NCBI GenBank assembly: GCA_964016885.1
Contig: CAXHJY010000767.1
Span: 16,172 to 80,171 of the forward strand
Direction of reading: 5' to 3'
Length of the DNA: 64,000 nucleotides
Origin: Eledone cirrhosa
Taxonomy: Eukaryota
A program made the translations under genes and the position numbers. Below, in pieces: positions 13,764 through 25,360 of the stretch (position 1 is its first letter; each line of letters opens with the position of its first letter). The notes beneath the pieces are model-generated. The model saw only the letters and a list, made by a program, of their open reading frames with translations. It was not told where the DNA came from and did no database searches.

Positions 13764-13823
13764 GGTGCCAGGAATGGTCCTTTGCCTCCAGGGACACTAA
13801 ACAGGGGTGGGGGGATCAGTTAT
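13764..13823 (-). other. PLCB4: 5' UTR part of the ATG-containing exon, preceded by a splice acceptor
   Basis: Minus strand reads tttatttgttcttctttgtcag|ATAACTG at 13823: pyrimidine tract plus AG 60 nt upstream of the ATG. This implies at least one further upstream non-coding exon. Confidence 0.6.
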
Positions 13824-13904
13824 CTGACAAAGAAGAACAAATAAATTCCAGATGAACAACAACAGTTACAGAAAAAAAAAGATAATAAAAATAATGAATG
13901 CTTT

Positions 13905-14355
13905 CTTTATTAACCACAAGGGTTTACACAAAGTAAAACATTAAGGACAATACAGGACGGTACAAATGGGTATTTCTGTGAGTAAAAAAAACAAAAAGAG
14001 AGGATGTAACAAAAAAAACAAAACAATGAAATATTCTCCAATAGGGGGGAGACTTCCGAGGGACATTCGTGGAGAAAGCCCATTAAAAAAGCCACGGCGA
14101 CCCTGACCACCAGGGCAAGTGCCCTCTCCCAGTTTTCCACCTTCAATTTACAGGCATATACTCAGAGTAGGCCCATTCACTCGGGCCATTGTTGCCTCTC
14201 TCACCCATCTTTCAACAAAATGCTGGGAAGAGAGCACTTCCCTCTCTACCCTGATTTTCCTTTTCAAATGAAATTTTAAAAAGTTAATCAAGGAATTACC
14301 CAAGAGGTAAGTGCTCGTCTTCAGCCCTTTCAAATGCGTCCACCACACTATCTCT
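13905..14355 (-). mobile_element. Probable L1/Tx1-like LINE 3' end
   Basis: Residual frame VWWTHLKGLK...FLKFHLKRKIRVERE...FVERW, then a T-rich 3' UTR ending in AATAAAG. A related 3' end follows at 14355-14450. Clade call is by resemblance only. Confidence 0.5.
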
Positions 14356-15458
14356 TTTTAGCCACAAGGGTCAGCATGTAGGGGACAATACAAAGACATG
14401 GACAGTGGGAGGTTTACAATAAGCTCAAGTAAAAGTGCACAATGGCAAAACCAATTTAACAATAATAATAATAATAATGATAATGACAACAATGATGTAT
14501 GTATATGTGTATATGTGTATGTGTATATGTATATGTGTATGTATAAATATATATATATATGTATGCATATATATTTTTTTATTTTTTTAAGCTGTAAATT
14601 ATAATCAATGTGGTGTGTTAACTGGCTTACCAATGTATACAATGAGTGTAGTTGCCCGAGGTGTCAGGAAGACACTCGGTATATAACAGAAATAATACTG
14701 AAGGAAAAGAAAAAACAATAACAATAATAATAAAAATGAAGGATAATTTACAACAGAGGCTTAAGGACTAAAATCTAAGTGAAAGGCTACGGAGAAGTTG
14801 TGGTATTCATGTGTTTCTAGCAAATTGCAAATGAAATACTTTCAAATAGATAACAAACCTGTTTGATGTTAACTTTCAATATACAACCCTCTCGCACCAC
14901 CACCACCTCAACAATACCACCACCACAACCCTATCACCACCACCACCTCAACAATACCACCACCACAACCCTATCACCACCACCACTACAACAATACTAC
15001 CACCACCACCACCACCACAACAATACCACCACCACTACCACAACACTATCACCTCCACCCCACTAACACACCACCACCACAACAATACTACCACCACCAC
15101 CACCACCACAACCCTATCACCTCCACCCCACTACCGTATCCCACCACCACCACCACTACAACAATACTACCACCACCATCACCACAACAACAATACCACC
15201 ACTACCACAACCAAGAAAGGGGAAAAAATAAGAAAAACAGACCCTTAAATATATTTCCCGTGCTATTTCCAACTTCCCCTTCTCTCTCTATATAAATGTA
15301 TGAGCAAGGCATGGTCAGCCGACCAGACACTGCCCACAACAGGACAACCCGTCTAACCCATGCTAGCGTGGAAGAACGGACGTAAAACGGTGATGATGAT
15401 GATGATGATGATACATATATATAATATAAAATCAAAAGATGGTTAAAAGAGTTCCATG

Positions 15459-15526
15459 TATTTTATTATGCGCATTTCACAAACAAATATCATGGGATGA
15501 TATTTGCGTTCTCATCAGATAAAATA
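15459..15526 (-). ncRNA. Minimal type I hammerhead ribozyme-like motif
   Basis: TATTTTAT-CTGATGA-GAACGCAAATATCATcccATGATATTTGTTTGT-GAA-ATGCGCAT-A-ATAAAATA: 8-bp stem I, palindromic stem III, imperfect base of stem II. Confidence 0.75.
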
Positions 15527-15871
15527 GGGAGACATGATATGAAGCTTAAAAAACACTTGCGAGCAGTGAAGTGTTAAATTAACATATGAAAAATAAAGTA
15601 AGATGGAGATATGAGATTTTTTTCCAATCTCATATCCCTCTTTTAACCATCTTTTGATTTTATATTATTTATACTCCAGTCCTATAAACTGTTGAGTGCT
15701 ACTTATCCGATATTTGCATTGCTTTATTGTGCTACAATAAAACTCACCTACATATACATATATATATATATATACACACATGTATATACACATATACATA
15801 TATATATACACACTTATGTACATATACATATATATACACACACCCACACGTACATATACATATATATGTAC

Positions 15872-15903
<32 letters not shown>

Positions 15904-16070
15904 ACACACATATATATATACACACACACGTATATATATATATATACACATGTGTGTGTTTGAACAACAAAAACAGAAGTCAGGTGTCGGTAGACAGTTC
16001 TGTTTTTATCTTTCAAACACACACATATGTAAATAACTCTGTAACCTGGATTGATTTTCTTCAAGGATAC

Positions 16071-16661
16071 CTGAGGCCGTCACCACCTCCCACAAGAACT
16101 ACTGAGGCCGTCACCACCTCCCACAAGAACTACTGAGGCCGTCACCACCTCCCACGAGAACTACTGAGGCCGTCACCACCTCCCACGAGAACCACTGAGG
16201 CCGTCACCACCTCCCACGAGAACTACTGAGGCCGTCACCACCTCCCACAAGAACTACTGAGGCCGTCACCACCTCCCACAAGAACTACTGAGGCCGTCAC
16301 CACCTCCCACGAGAACTACTGAGGCCGTCACCACCTCCCACAAGAACTACTGAGGCCGTCACCACCTCCCACAAGAACCACTGAGGCCGTCACCACCTCC
16401 CACGAGAACTACTGAGGCCGTCACCACCTCCCACAAGAACCACTGAGGCCGTCACCACCTCCCACGAGAACTACTGAGGCCGTCACCACCTCCCACAAGA
16501 ACTACTGAGGCCGTCACCACCTCCCACGAGAACTACTGAGGCCGTCACCACCTCCCACGAGAATTACTGAGGCCGTCACCACCTCCCACGAGAACTACTG
16601 AGGCCGTCACCACCTCCCACGAGAACTACTGAGGCCGTCACCACCTCCCACAAGAACTACT
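16071..16661. repeat. 31-bp GC-rich minisatellite, ~19 copies
   Basis: ctgaggccgtcaccacctcccac(a/g)agaac(t/c)a, with no spacers between units. Confidence 0.95.
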
Positions 16662-16748
16662 GGTCACACTGCCGATTCTTACCGTAACTACTCTTCCAAA
16701 GATACATTGAATTCTAACAACATTATCAGGCCCACCACAATCAAGTGG

Positions 16749-16813
<65 letters not shown>

Positions 16814-16816
<3 letters not shown>

Positions 16817-16992
16817 CGAAGGAAGTGTGGAAAGGAACCAGGTGGACCATAACGCACCAGAGTACTCAATACTTAGGGTAGTAGAGTGGGTAATAGGAAA
16901 ATGTTTGATCCCGACGGCAGAGCTTAAGCCATTTCGACGGAAATAGCCGTCAAAACGGCTTGAGCTCTTCCATCAGGGTCAAACATTTTCCT
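16814..16992 (-). mobile_element. Family H copy 2
   Basis: Same tail, shorter hairpin, TA flanks. Confidence 0.8.
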
Positions 16993-17001
16993 ATATATAT
17001 A

Positions 17002-17142
17002 TAGAATAAGAAAATGCAAAGAAGTTTCAGATGTTAAAGTCCTTTAACATCTGAAACTACTTCACATTTTCTTATTCTATATATACTCCGTCGCTCCTAT
17101 GTGGAAAAAGTACATTGAGTGCTTGAATCAAATTGCCTTAAG
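17002..17142 (+). mobile_element. TA-flanked fold-back element
   Basis: agaataagaaaatg..gtttcagatgttaaag-tc-ctttaacatctgaaac..cattttcttattct, then tatactcc...ttgagtgct tail. Confidence 0.65.
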
Positions 17143-17161
17143 TATGTATATGTATATATAA

Positions 17162-17455
17162 GAGGAATAAACTGTAGTGTGCAGGAGAGAAGACTGCGTT
17201 GGTGTGGCCATGTGATGTGCATGGAAGATGACCGCTGAGGGAAGAGATGTCACGGTGGAAGGTAGATGCAGTAGAGGAAGACAACGAAAAACATGGGTGG
17301 AGTGGGTGAGAACTGACCTCAGATTGCTGAAGCTCTCAGAGGAAATGACGAAGGACCGTGACGAATGGAGAGATGCTGTGCTGAATATGACTGATTCCCC
17401 ACTTGCAAGCAAGGAAGAGCAAATGTAAAATGAGGATGATGATGATGATGATGAT
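17162..17455 (+). mobile_element. RTE LINE 3' fragment (related copy at 30535-30676, minus strand)
   Basis: VEGRCSRGRQRKTWVEWVRTDL...KDRDEWR, followed by a (GAT)n tail. Confidence 0.75.
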
Positions 17456-17861
17456 TATATATATATATATATATGTGTGTGTCGAGCTGATGAAACATTT
17501 GTTCTCGGTATGGTGAACTAACTGTTGTGGAACTACTTTTATATCCACCAACATCACCCTTTCTCTGTTAAGTTTTGTTGGTACCACAACATCCAGTCCT
17601 AAATAAATGAGGTCGTGTAGGTGTCACGACAAAAAAAAAAAACACAGTCCACGCTGTAATGTGGCCATGTAGGTAACATGGTAAAAAGCTCCCAGTCCAC
17701 ACTGTAAAAGTGGTTGGTGTTAGGAAGGGTATCCAACCGTAGAAAACGTGCCAGACAGTCCTATACGAACGAGACACGGTCACCCGACCAATCCCGCATC
17801 AAATGAAACAAAACCGTCTAACCCATGCTAGCATGGAAGATGGACGTTAAACGATGATGAT

Positions 17862-17898
<37 letters not shown>

Positions 17899-17931
17899 AA
17901 AACAGGGAGAAAGAGACGATTATTAGGAAGA

Positions 17932-17980
<49 letters not shown>

Positions 17981-18247
17981 AAGGTTAAACAAGGTTCAAT
18001 GAATAAATCAAAGAATGAGTTTTACAATAGATTGGAAGCACTCAACAAATGGGTTTCCAGAGTTATTAATATTAATTCAAATTATTAACAATATATTATA
18101 TGTATTATATGTATATTATATGTATTATATGTAGTTTTTTTCATGTTTTCAATATTAAGGTATATAAATATTGAGTTTTGTTATATTACTCACTACCATG
18201 ACTGAATCTTAACCATCTACTATGTCAGGGTATGTCATGCATCATCT

Positions 18248-18314
18248 TATTTTATCTGATGAAGACGTACTGTTGAAGTTAACTCAGTACCTCTGAAATA
18301 TGTATAATAAAATA
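18248..18314 (+). ncRNA. Minimal type I hammerhead ribozyme-like motif
   Basis: TATTTTAT-CTGATGA-AGACGTACTG..CAGTACCTCT-GAA-ATATGTAT-A-ATAAAATA. Confidence 0.75.
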
Positions 18315-18385
18315 TAAAATATACTAAAATATAATAAAATATACTTGATCACAAGAATATCTATTTTGTTAATATTTTGAAATAA

Positions 18386-18424
<39 letters not shown>

Positions 18425-18473
18425 GTATATATGTATATATATATATGTATATATATAATATATATATATATAT

Positions 18474-20507
18474 AAGGCCAAGAGACAGGCATGGAAAGAA
18501 TGGAAGAACGGGGGGAGCAGGGTACATTACATAGAGACCAAGAGGGAAGCTAGGCGACAAGTATACTTAGCTAGGAGGGAAGCAGAGGATAGAAAATTCA
18601 AGCATGTTTTACAACGTGAGGACCAGAAACAGGAGGTATTCAAGATTGCGAGGCAGTGTGTCAGAGATAGTTGTGATGTCATTGGAGAGAAGTGTATCCG
18701 GAATGATAAAGGTGAGCTTGCCCTCACAAGTGCTGAGAAGAAAGATGCATGGAAGAGTCATTATGATAGATTACTAAATGAGGAGAATGCATGGGAAGAA
18801 GAGACCCTACCCCACGTAGACCCTATAGAGGGACCAGCAGTACAAGTCAGCGGCAGCGTAGTAAGTAAGGCAATCAGAGATATGAAGATAGGGAAGGCAA
18901 CCGGTCCATCGGGTATAGCTGCCGAGATGCTGAAGGCATCTGGGTCTGTAGGTCACACTATAACCACACGTATCGTTAACCAGGTAATACTAGAGGGGGC
19001 CATACCAAAAGATTGGTGCAGTAGCATCATTGTCAACTGCTACAAAGGTAAAGGCGATGCACTAGATAGAGGAAACTATAGAGGTATAAAGTTGATGGAC
19101 CAGGTCATGAAAGTAACAGAAAGAGTTATAGCACAGCTGATTAGGGACCGGGTGAATATAGACGAGATGCAATTTGGGTTTGTTCCAGGGAAAGGCACCA
19201 CTGATGCGCTCTTCCTTGTGAGGCAATTACAGGAAAAGTACCTAGCTAAAAGTAAGCCACTCTACTTGGCATTTGTCGACCTTGAGAAAGCCTTTGACAG
19301 AGTTCCACGTGCAGTAATCTGGTGGGCTCTTAGAAAACTAGGAGTAGATGAATGGCTTGTGAAAGCGGTACAAGCCATGTATAGGGGAGCAGTCAGCAAA
19401 GTTAGGATTGGCAATGAGTATAGCGAGGAATTTAGCGTACAGGTTGGGGTCCACCAGGGCTCTGTTCTTAGCCCTCTCCTGTTCATCATAGTCCTGCAGG
19501 CAATAACGGAGGAGTTTAAGACCGGATGCCCATGGGAACTCCTGTATGCTGATGACCTCGCACTCATAGCTGAATCTATGGTAGAACTAGAGAATAAATT
19601 CCAAACCTGGAAGCAGGGACTAGAGAGAAAGGGCCTCAAAGTCAACATGACAAAGACTAAGGTCCTTATAAGTAGACGAGAAAACAGAACCCAGATCCCC
19701 TCAGGGAAATGGCCTTGCTCAGTATGTAGGAAAGGTGTAGGTAGGAACTCCATTCTTTGCCCCAAATGCAAACAATGGGTACACAAGAGATGTAGCGGGA
19801 TCTCAGGAAGCTTAATTAAGAATGTAGGATTCACATGCAGCAGCTGTGCTGAAACAGCAAGCAAACAGCCACAGGAAACAAGTACCACCAATCTCTGGGA
19901 GGGCCCTGTAGAAACAGTAGACAGCTTCTGCTACCTAGGTGACCGAATTAGCAACGGAGGTGGGTGCTCAGAAAGTACAATAACTAGGGTAAGAACGGGA
20001 TGGAAGAAGTTTAGGGAACTACTACCACTGCTAGCTGCAAAAGGCTTCTCCCTCAGAATGAAAGGCAGACTGTATGATGCGTGTATCCGAACAGCGATGT
20101 TGCATGGTAGTGAGACCTGGGCGCTGAAGGTGGAAGACTTACGTAGATTAGAGAGAAACGAAGCCTGCATGCTCCGATGGATGTGTAACAGTAATATACG
20201 TGAACGACAAAGCATAAATGAATTGAGAGAGAGACTGAGCATAAGAGGAATCAAATGCTGCGTGCAGGAGAGGCGGTTACGCTGGTATGGACATGTGATG
20301 CGTATGAAGGATGACAGCTGCATAAAAAGGTGCAGAGCACTAGAAGTTGATGGAAACCGCGGAGTGGGGAGACCCAAGATGACTTGGGATGAGGTGATAA
20401 GAGCCGACCTTACCCAACTACACCTCTCAAAGTCAATGACACACGACCGTGACTTCTGGCGTCACGCAGTAATACAGGGTACCCGACCTCCCATGGGTAC
20501 ATGCTGA
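18474..20507 (+). CDS. RTE LINE reverse transcriptase frame (partial ORF, no true start)
   Basis: Non-LTR RT motifs: NYRGIKL, QFGF, FVDLEKAFDRV, GVHQGSVLSP, YADD, YLG, HGSETW, RLRWYGHV. The frame stays open upstream of the tracked ATG (18882) back to 18474 (KAKRQAWKEWKNGG...). Confidence 0.93.
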   Translation, partial: KAKRQAWKEWKNGGSRVHYIETKREARRQVYLARREAEDRKFKHVLQREDQKQEVFKIARQCVRDSCDVIGEKCIRNDKGELALTSAEKKDAWKSHYDRLLNEENAWEEETLPHVDPIEGPAVQVSGSVVSKAIRDMKIGKATGPSGIAAEMLKASGSVGHTITTRIVNQVILEGAIPKDWCSSIIVNCYKGKGDALDRGNYRGIKLMDQVMKVTERVIAQLIRDRVNIDEMQFGFVPGKGTTDALFLVRQLQEKYLAKSKPLYLAFVDLEKAFDRVPRAVIWWALRKLGVDEWLVKAVQAMYRGAVSKVRIGNEYSEEFSVQVGVHQGSVLSPLLFIIVLQAITEEFKTGCPWELLYADDLALIAESMVELENKFQTWKQGLERKGLKVNMTKTKVLISRRENRTQIPSGKWPCSVCRKGVGRNSILCPKCKQWVHKRCSGISGSLIKNVGFTCSSCAETASKQPQETSTTNLWEGPVETVDSFCYLGDRISNGGGCSESTITRVRTGWKKFRELLPLLAAKGFSLRMKGRLYDACIRTAMLHGSETWALKVEDLRRLERNEACMLRWMCNSNIRERQSINELRERLSIRGIKCCVQERRLRWYGHVMRMKDDSCIKRCRALEVDGNRGVGRPKMTWDEVIRADLTQLHLSKSMTHDRDFWRHAVIQGTRPPMGTC

Positions 20508-20814
20508 AGCATATAAACAATATGCCCCCCCCCCCCCCCACCGCAAGGTGGTCGTGGAGGTGCCACGGCAAAAAAGCACCCAGCCCACACTGTAAAGTGG
20601 ACGTGTAGGCGCCACGAAAAAGCACCCAGCACTCACTGTAAATGAGGTTGGTGTTAGGAAGGGCATCCAGCTGTAGAAATCAAGCCAGATCAGTTCCTGT
20701 ATGAGCAAGGCATGGTCAGCCGACCAGACACTGCCCACAACAGGACAACCCGTCTAACCCATGCTAGCGTGGAAGAACGGACGTAAAACGGTGATGATGA
20801 TGATGATGATGATG
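18474..20814 (+). mobile_element. 5'-truncated RTE-clade LINE with 3' UTR and (GAT)n tail
   Basis: Begins abruptly after a (TA)n tract. RT ORF, then a 3' UTR ending ...ggacgtaaaacggtgatgatgat. No endonuclease domain present. Confidence 0.95.
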
Positions 20815-21074
20815 TGTTATTTCCTTGAGCAAGACACTTTATTTCACGTTGCTCCAGTTTACTCAGCTGTAGAAATGAGATGATAGGGACTAGGGTCCCT
20901 ATCATTCCACTGTAAAGTGGTCGTGGAGGTGCCACGGCAAAAAAGCACCCAGCACTCACTGTAAATGAGGTTGGTGTTAGGAATGGCATCCAACTGTAGA
21001 AATCAAGCCAGAATCAGTTCCCGTCCCACCCTTGCAAGCAGGGAAAAAGCGGACGTAAAATGAAATGATGATAT

Positions 21075-21316
21075 ATCTATCTATCAAAGGCGGGTAAAAT
21101 TCCCGAGATCCATGGACGAGTTCTCTCCAGCGGTCTCTGTCCCTCATTATCGCTGCCATGTCCTGCGTCTCCAACAGACCAGTGTCTGTCCTTAGGGCAT
21201 CAACATACGTTAACCTTGGTCTTCCTCTTCTAGTGTGTCCATGTAGGGGCTCCCAAAGGAGCACTGAGTGCAATGTCAACTCTGGATGTCGGTGAGCATG
21301 TCCAGCTAACCTCAGT
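21075..21316 (-). mobile_element. Shorter 3' fragment of the second RTE-like family
   Basis: Near-identical to 59807-60035. Ends in an (ATAG)n-like tail right after the coding end. Confidence 0.88.
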
Positions 21317-21384
21317 TATATGTCCCAAGGCTCTGATACCATCAACACTATATACACAGAGCTGACATATCTAAGAACTGACTA

Positions 21385-21440
21385 ACTGCCTGATGAGGTC
21401 ATAGCCATTCAATGGCTATCATCGAAATATATATAGCAGT
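21385..21440 (+). ncRNA. Minimal type I hammerhead ribozyme-like motif
   Basis: ACTGC-CTGATGA-GGTcATAGCCATtcaATGGCTATcATC-GAA-ATATATAT-A-GCAGT, followed by AAATAAA. Confidence 0.78.
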
Positions 21441-21485
21441 AAATAAAGGATTATGAGTTCATGCAATTGACTTATGTTTCGTCAC

Positions 21486-21517
<32 letters not shown>

Positions 21518-22228
21518 AATATATATATCTGCCTTTTACTTCCCACAATCTGAAGAATGTACAGAAGATATCAGCTACCGTTGCTACACCTCGGAATCAA
21601 TTGATCAGTCAGTTCTCTCCTCCCCCTTCCCACACCCAACACCTTACATAATCTATAGTCAAAAGAAATAATATAATCACTAATATAACATTATAAAACT
21701 TTTTACCTGTATAAACAATTCAGGTGTTGACTGATTAAATATGTAAATAATATTTATTTGTTTATTTTCAGCCAGGTGTAAAAATTTCGCTCCCTACCAA
21801 CTCTCTCACATGATGTTGTTGTTGGAGATCAGTTGATTCTCACGGTGATTGTTCTAGTTAATTTAATATGTCAGTGGCTGAGCATTCCACAGACACATGT
21901 CCTCTTAATATAGTTCACAGGGAGATTCGGCAACATATTGTGTCAGTGGCTGAGCATTCCGCAGACACGTGGAGATTCAGTGTGAGACAATATGTTAGTG
22001 GCTCAGTATTCCACAGACACATGCACTCTTAATATAGTTCTCAGGGAGATTCAGTGTGAGACAGTATGTCAGTGGTTGAGTATTCCATAGACACGTGTAG
22101 CTTTAATATAGTTCTTAACACTGCCACCTAAACAATACCACCATTACACTACCACCTATACACTGTCAACCCAGGTAGTTATATAACATCAGGACAATTG
22201 AATTTTCATGTTCCACTTTGATTAAATA

Positions 22229-22415
22229 ATTGTTTCTACTTTAGGCACAAGGCCAGCAATTACCCAGTGCATTACTGGTACTTTATTTTATCGACCCCGT
22301 AAGGATGAAAGGCAAAGTCAACCTCGGCGGGATTTGAACTCAGATCGTAAAGGGACGTAACTATGCTGGAAAGCATGGCGTCCGACCCTCTACCGATACT
22401 GCCAATCCACCGCCC
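22229..22415 (-). mobile_element. Full-length SINE A with 15-bp target site duplication
   Basis: ctttgattaaataat at 22216-22230 and 22415-22429 flanks the element. Confidence 0.88.
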
Positions 22416-23756
22416 TTTGATTAAATAATACAAGCTATTATGTGAAGTAGTAGTAGAGGTGGTGGTAGAGGTGGTGGTGGTGATGGTAGAGGTGGTGGTG
22501 GTAGGGGTGGTGGTGGTGGTGGTAGGGGTGGTGGTGGTGGTGGGGGGAGGGGGGGAGTAGCGGTGGTGGTGGTAGCAGTGGTGGCCGGGGAGGTGGTAGT
22601 GGTGGTAGTAGTAGTAGTAGTAGTAGTGGTAGTTGTAGTAGTAGTAGCAGTTGTTGTAATAGTGGTGGTGAAGGTGGTCGGGGGGGGGGGGGGGGGGTTC
22701 AAGGAGCAGAGTGGGGGAGGGGGGCACCATGTATATTAATGAATCTCTGCAATGCTCTACATAACAAAAATTGGTAATTCTACAAAACTAGAACTGTTTC
22801 ATTCAAAGGAAATCATCAGTACTACTACCACCACCACCACCACCACCACTAGTACTACCACCACCACCCCCATCACCACTAGTACTACTACTACCACCAC
22901 ACCACCACCAGTACTACTACTACCACCACCAGTAAACCCCCCACCACCACTAATACTACTACCACCACCCCCACTACCAGTACTACCACCCCCAATACTA
23001 CCACCCCCCACCACCAGTACTACTACTACCCCCCCACCACTAGTACTACTACCACCACCCCCCATCACCACTAGTACTACTACTACCACCCCCACCCCAC
23101 CACCACCAATACTACAACAATCATCATCATCAGTACCTCCAATTGTTAGTACATTCCAGAAAAGTGCATCTGTTGCATGTGTTGACAGCAGAACACTTAG
23201 CAATGGTGCATAGTTACGGTGGCGCTATCTTTAACACTTCCTTGGTAGTCATGTGATGTGCGGTGCGGGGGGGGGGCAGGTGCAAGGTATGGTACTCTGG
23301 CAGTGGTGGTGGTGGTGGTGGTGATGATAGTAATGGTGATGATGGTGATAGTAATAGCATGTTACAGCTTGGGGGTTACCATGTTGCTACGCACATACAG
23401 TGTTTCGGTGTTGTGTTGTCGCAGAAGAAGAGACTAGGCAACAAGAGGAGCTCCTTGCTGGTAGTTTCATATGCTAGAAATAACAGCCAAATCTCTGCAA
23501 TACACACACAAGTCATTTTTTAAAATAAAAAAGATATAATGGAGAATACAGTTTGAGCACACTACTCATAAAAATGAGATTGGATGGTCATGGATGGAAT
23601 ACAATTGATTACGCCTGCTTGCTCAGGTCTGACATAGGTAAGTTAAAGAGACCTTAACATCTGACCAAGTTGAAGACTTACCTGGTTTACAATTAAAACA
23701 CCTTTGATCATAGGTCAGTTCAACCAGGTTGAACTGGGTTACCGTTATAACACATT

Positions 23757-23935
23757 TGGTCAAATGGTTTGTTCAACCAAGATGACCTGAGTCACAGAGC
23801 ACGTCTGATCAAATGGTTTGTTCAACCAAGATGACCTGAGTCACAGAGCACGTCTGATCAAATGGTTTGTTCAACCAAGATGACCTGAGTCACAGAGCAC
23901 GTCTGATCAAATGATTTGTTCAATCAAGCTGACCT
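23757..23935. repeat. 49-bp tandem repeat, ~3.5 copies
   Basis: caaatggtttgttcaaccaagatgacctgagtcacagagcacgtctgat. Confidence 0.85.
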
Positions 23936-24369
23936 GGATCACAGCTCAATCAAGTTGACCTGAAGTTAAATAATAACAGGAGGAGGGGGAGAATATTTTT
24001 ATGGTTTTATCTGTGGAAGTGGGTCAATAAGAAAGTTTTGGTGTGAGGAGGCTTGACTATGTGTAGAGACTTGGGTGTAAACAGTAGTGTGGAGTAGAGG
24101 GTGGTAGTGAGAGGTGACAGTAGGTCATTGATGTATGACATGTGAGTGAACAGTTAGTGTAGAGTGAAAGGTGGTGGAGTGGGAGTGAGCGGTGATAGTA
24201 TCTAGTTCATTGATGTATGACACTTGAGTGTGAACAGTTAGCATGGAGTGACGGGTGGTAGTGTATAAGTGGAGGGTGATGGTGTACAAGTGGAGGGTGG
24301 TGGAGTGGGAGAGCAATTTACTCTTCTTGCTCAATGAGACTGGGGTCATCTTAGGTCAGTGATCCTAGA

Positions 24370-24775
24370 GGCATCATCATGCGTAGAGCTGACCAATGCC
24401 CTCCACGTGCCTGCCCCTCTGCATCTTCCAAGGTAATGTATAGCCTCTGGAGATCTTCCTTGATGACATCCAGCCATCTAGTGTGGGGCCTGCCACAGTT
24501 CCTCTTTCAGCCTGTAGCTGCTGTGTTGAACAAGAGTAAGGCCCTGGTGGGATGATCTGACGGGAGGCGGAGGACATGTCTGTACCAGCATATGTGGCAG
24601 ACAGCTATGAGGTAGAAGGCCGCGGGCTGATGCATGCATGCATACAACTCTTTGTTGGAAACATGGTCATACCATCTGATGGTCTCGATGGTCGACAAGG
24701 CTCTGCTGTCAAAGCCATTGATCTTCTTTGCCAGAGTTTTTGAGAGAGGCCACATTTCTGCTCCATAATGGTATG
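24370..24775 (-). mobile_element. Decayed RTE-like LINE 3' fragment (third family)
   Basis: YGAEMWPLSK...INGFDSRAL...IRWYDHVSNKEL...WYRHVLR in ORF 24507..24968, with frameshifts. Confidence 0.75.
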
Positions 24776-24779
24776 AGGA

Positions 24780-24996
24780 TGTGACAAGATCTTCAGGGTT
24801 TGCCAAGACTGTCCTGCAGCGAACAGTACAAAGAGGGAGGAAGAGATGAGAGGACAACATCCCGGAATGGACAGGCATGATGCTGGGTGCAACCATGAGA
24901 AGAGCGGTGAAGTGAGAGGAATGGAAGGAGCTGGTTGCCAGGTCATCTGTGGCACCCCAATCATCCACCAGACTACAGGACAGATGAGAGAGATGG
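24780..24996 (+). mobile_element. Decayed RTE/BovB-like LINE 3' end, back to back with the previous fragment
   Basis: gccaagactgtcctgcagcgaacagtacaa...gaggacaacatcccggaatggacaggc resembles the KTILQGTV..WEDNIPEWTG end of RTE elements. Confidence 0.6.
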
Positions 24997-25002
24997 ATAT
25001 AT

Positions 25003-25036
<34 letters not shown>

Positions 25037-25360
25037 ATTGTAGTTAAAACAACTGAAAATTCTACAGAAAACCTTTGTTGAAACTCAACCTAGGAAAATG
25101 TACAGTATAGATGTAGGACTAAAGCAGTTGAAATGAAGTGTAAAACAGAAATACATAAAATATAAATTAATAGGCCAGAAAAATTTGAAATGATTATCTC
25201 CAGTAACTCATCTTAGAAATTGAAACCTGACATGTTTTAACTGAAGTAATAACAAATTACTGCTATGATGTTAATATAAATTTTAATCATTTTGGCAAAC
25301 TTCCAGCATTATAAGATGTTGGTAAGAGAGTAAAGGGTATGTTGAAGTAAAATTGTATCA

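Noticed and set aside
16071-16661. CRISPR-like array of 31-bp repeats
   Set aside because: Head-to-tail units with no unique spacers, no cas genes, eukaryotic context. The same applies to the 45-, 47- and 57-bp arrays.
19262-20377. Minus-strand ORFs of 209 and 148 aa
   Set aside because: Antisense shadows of the RTE RT frame.
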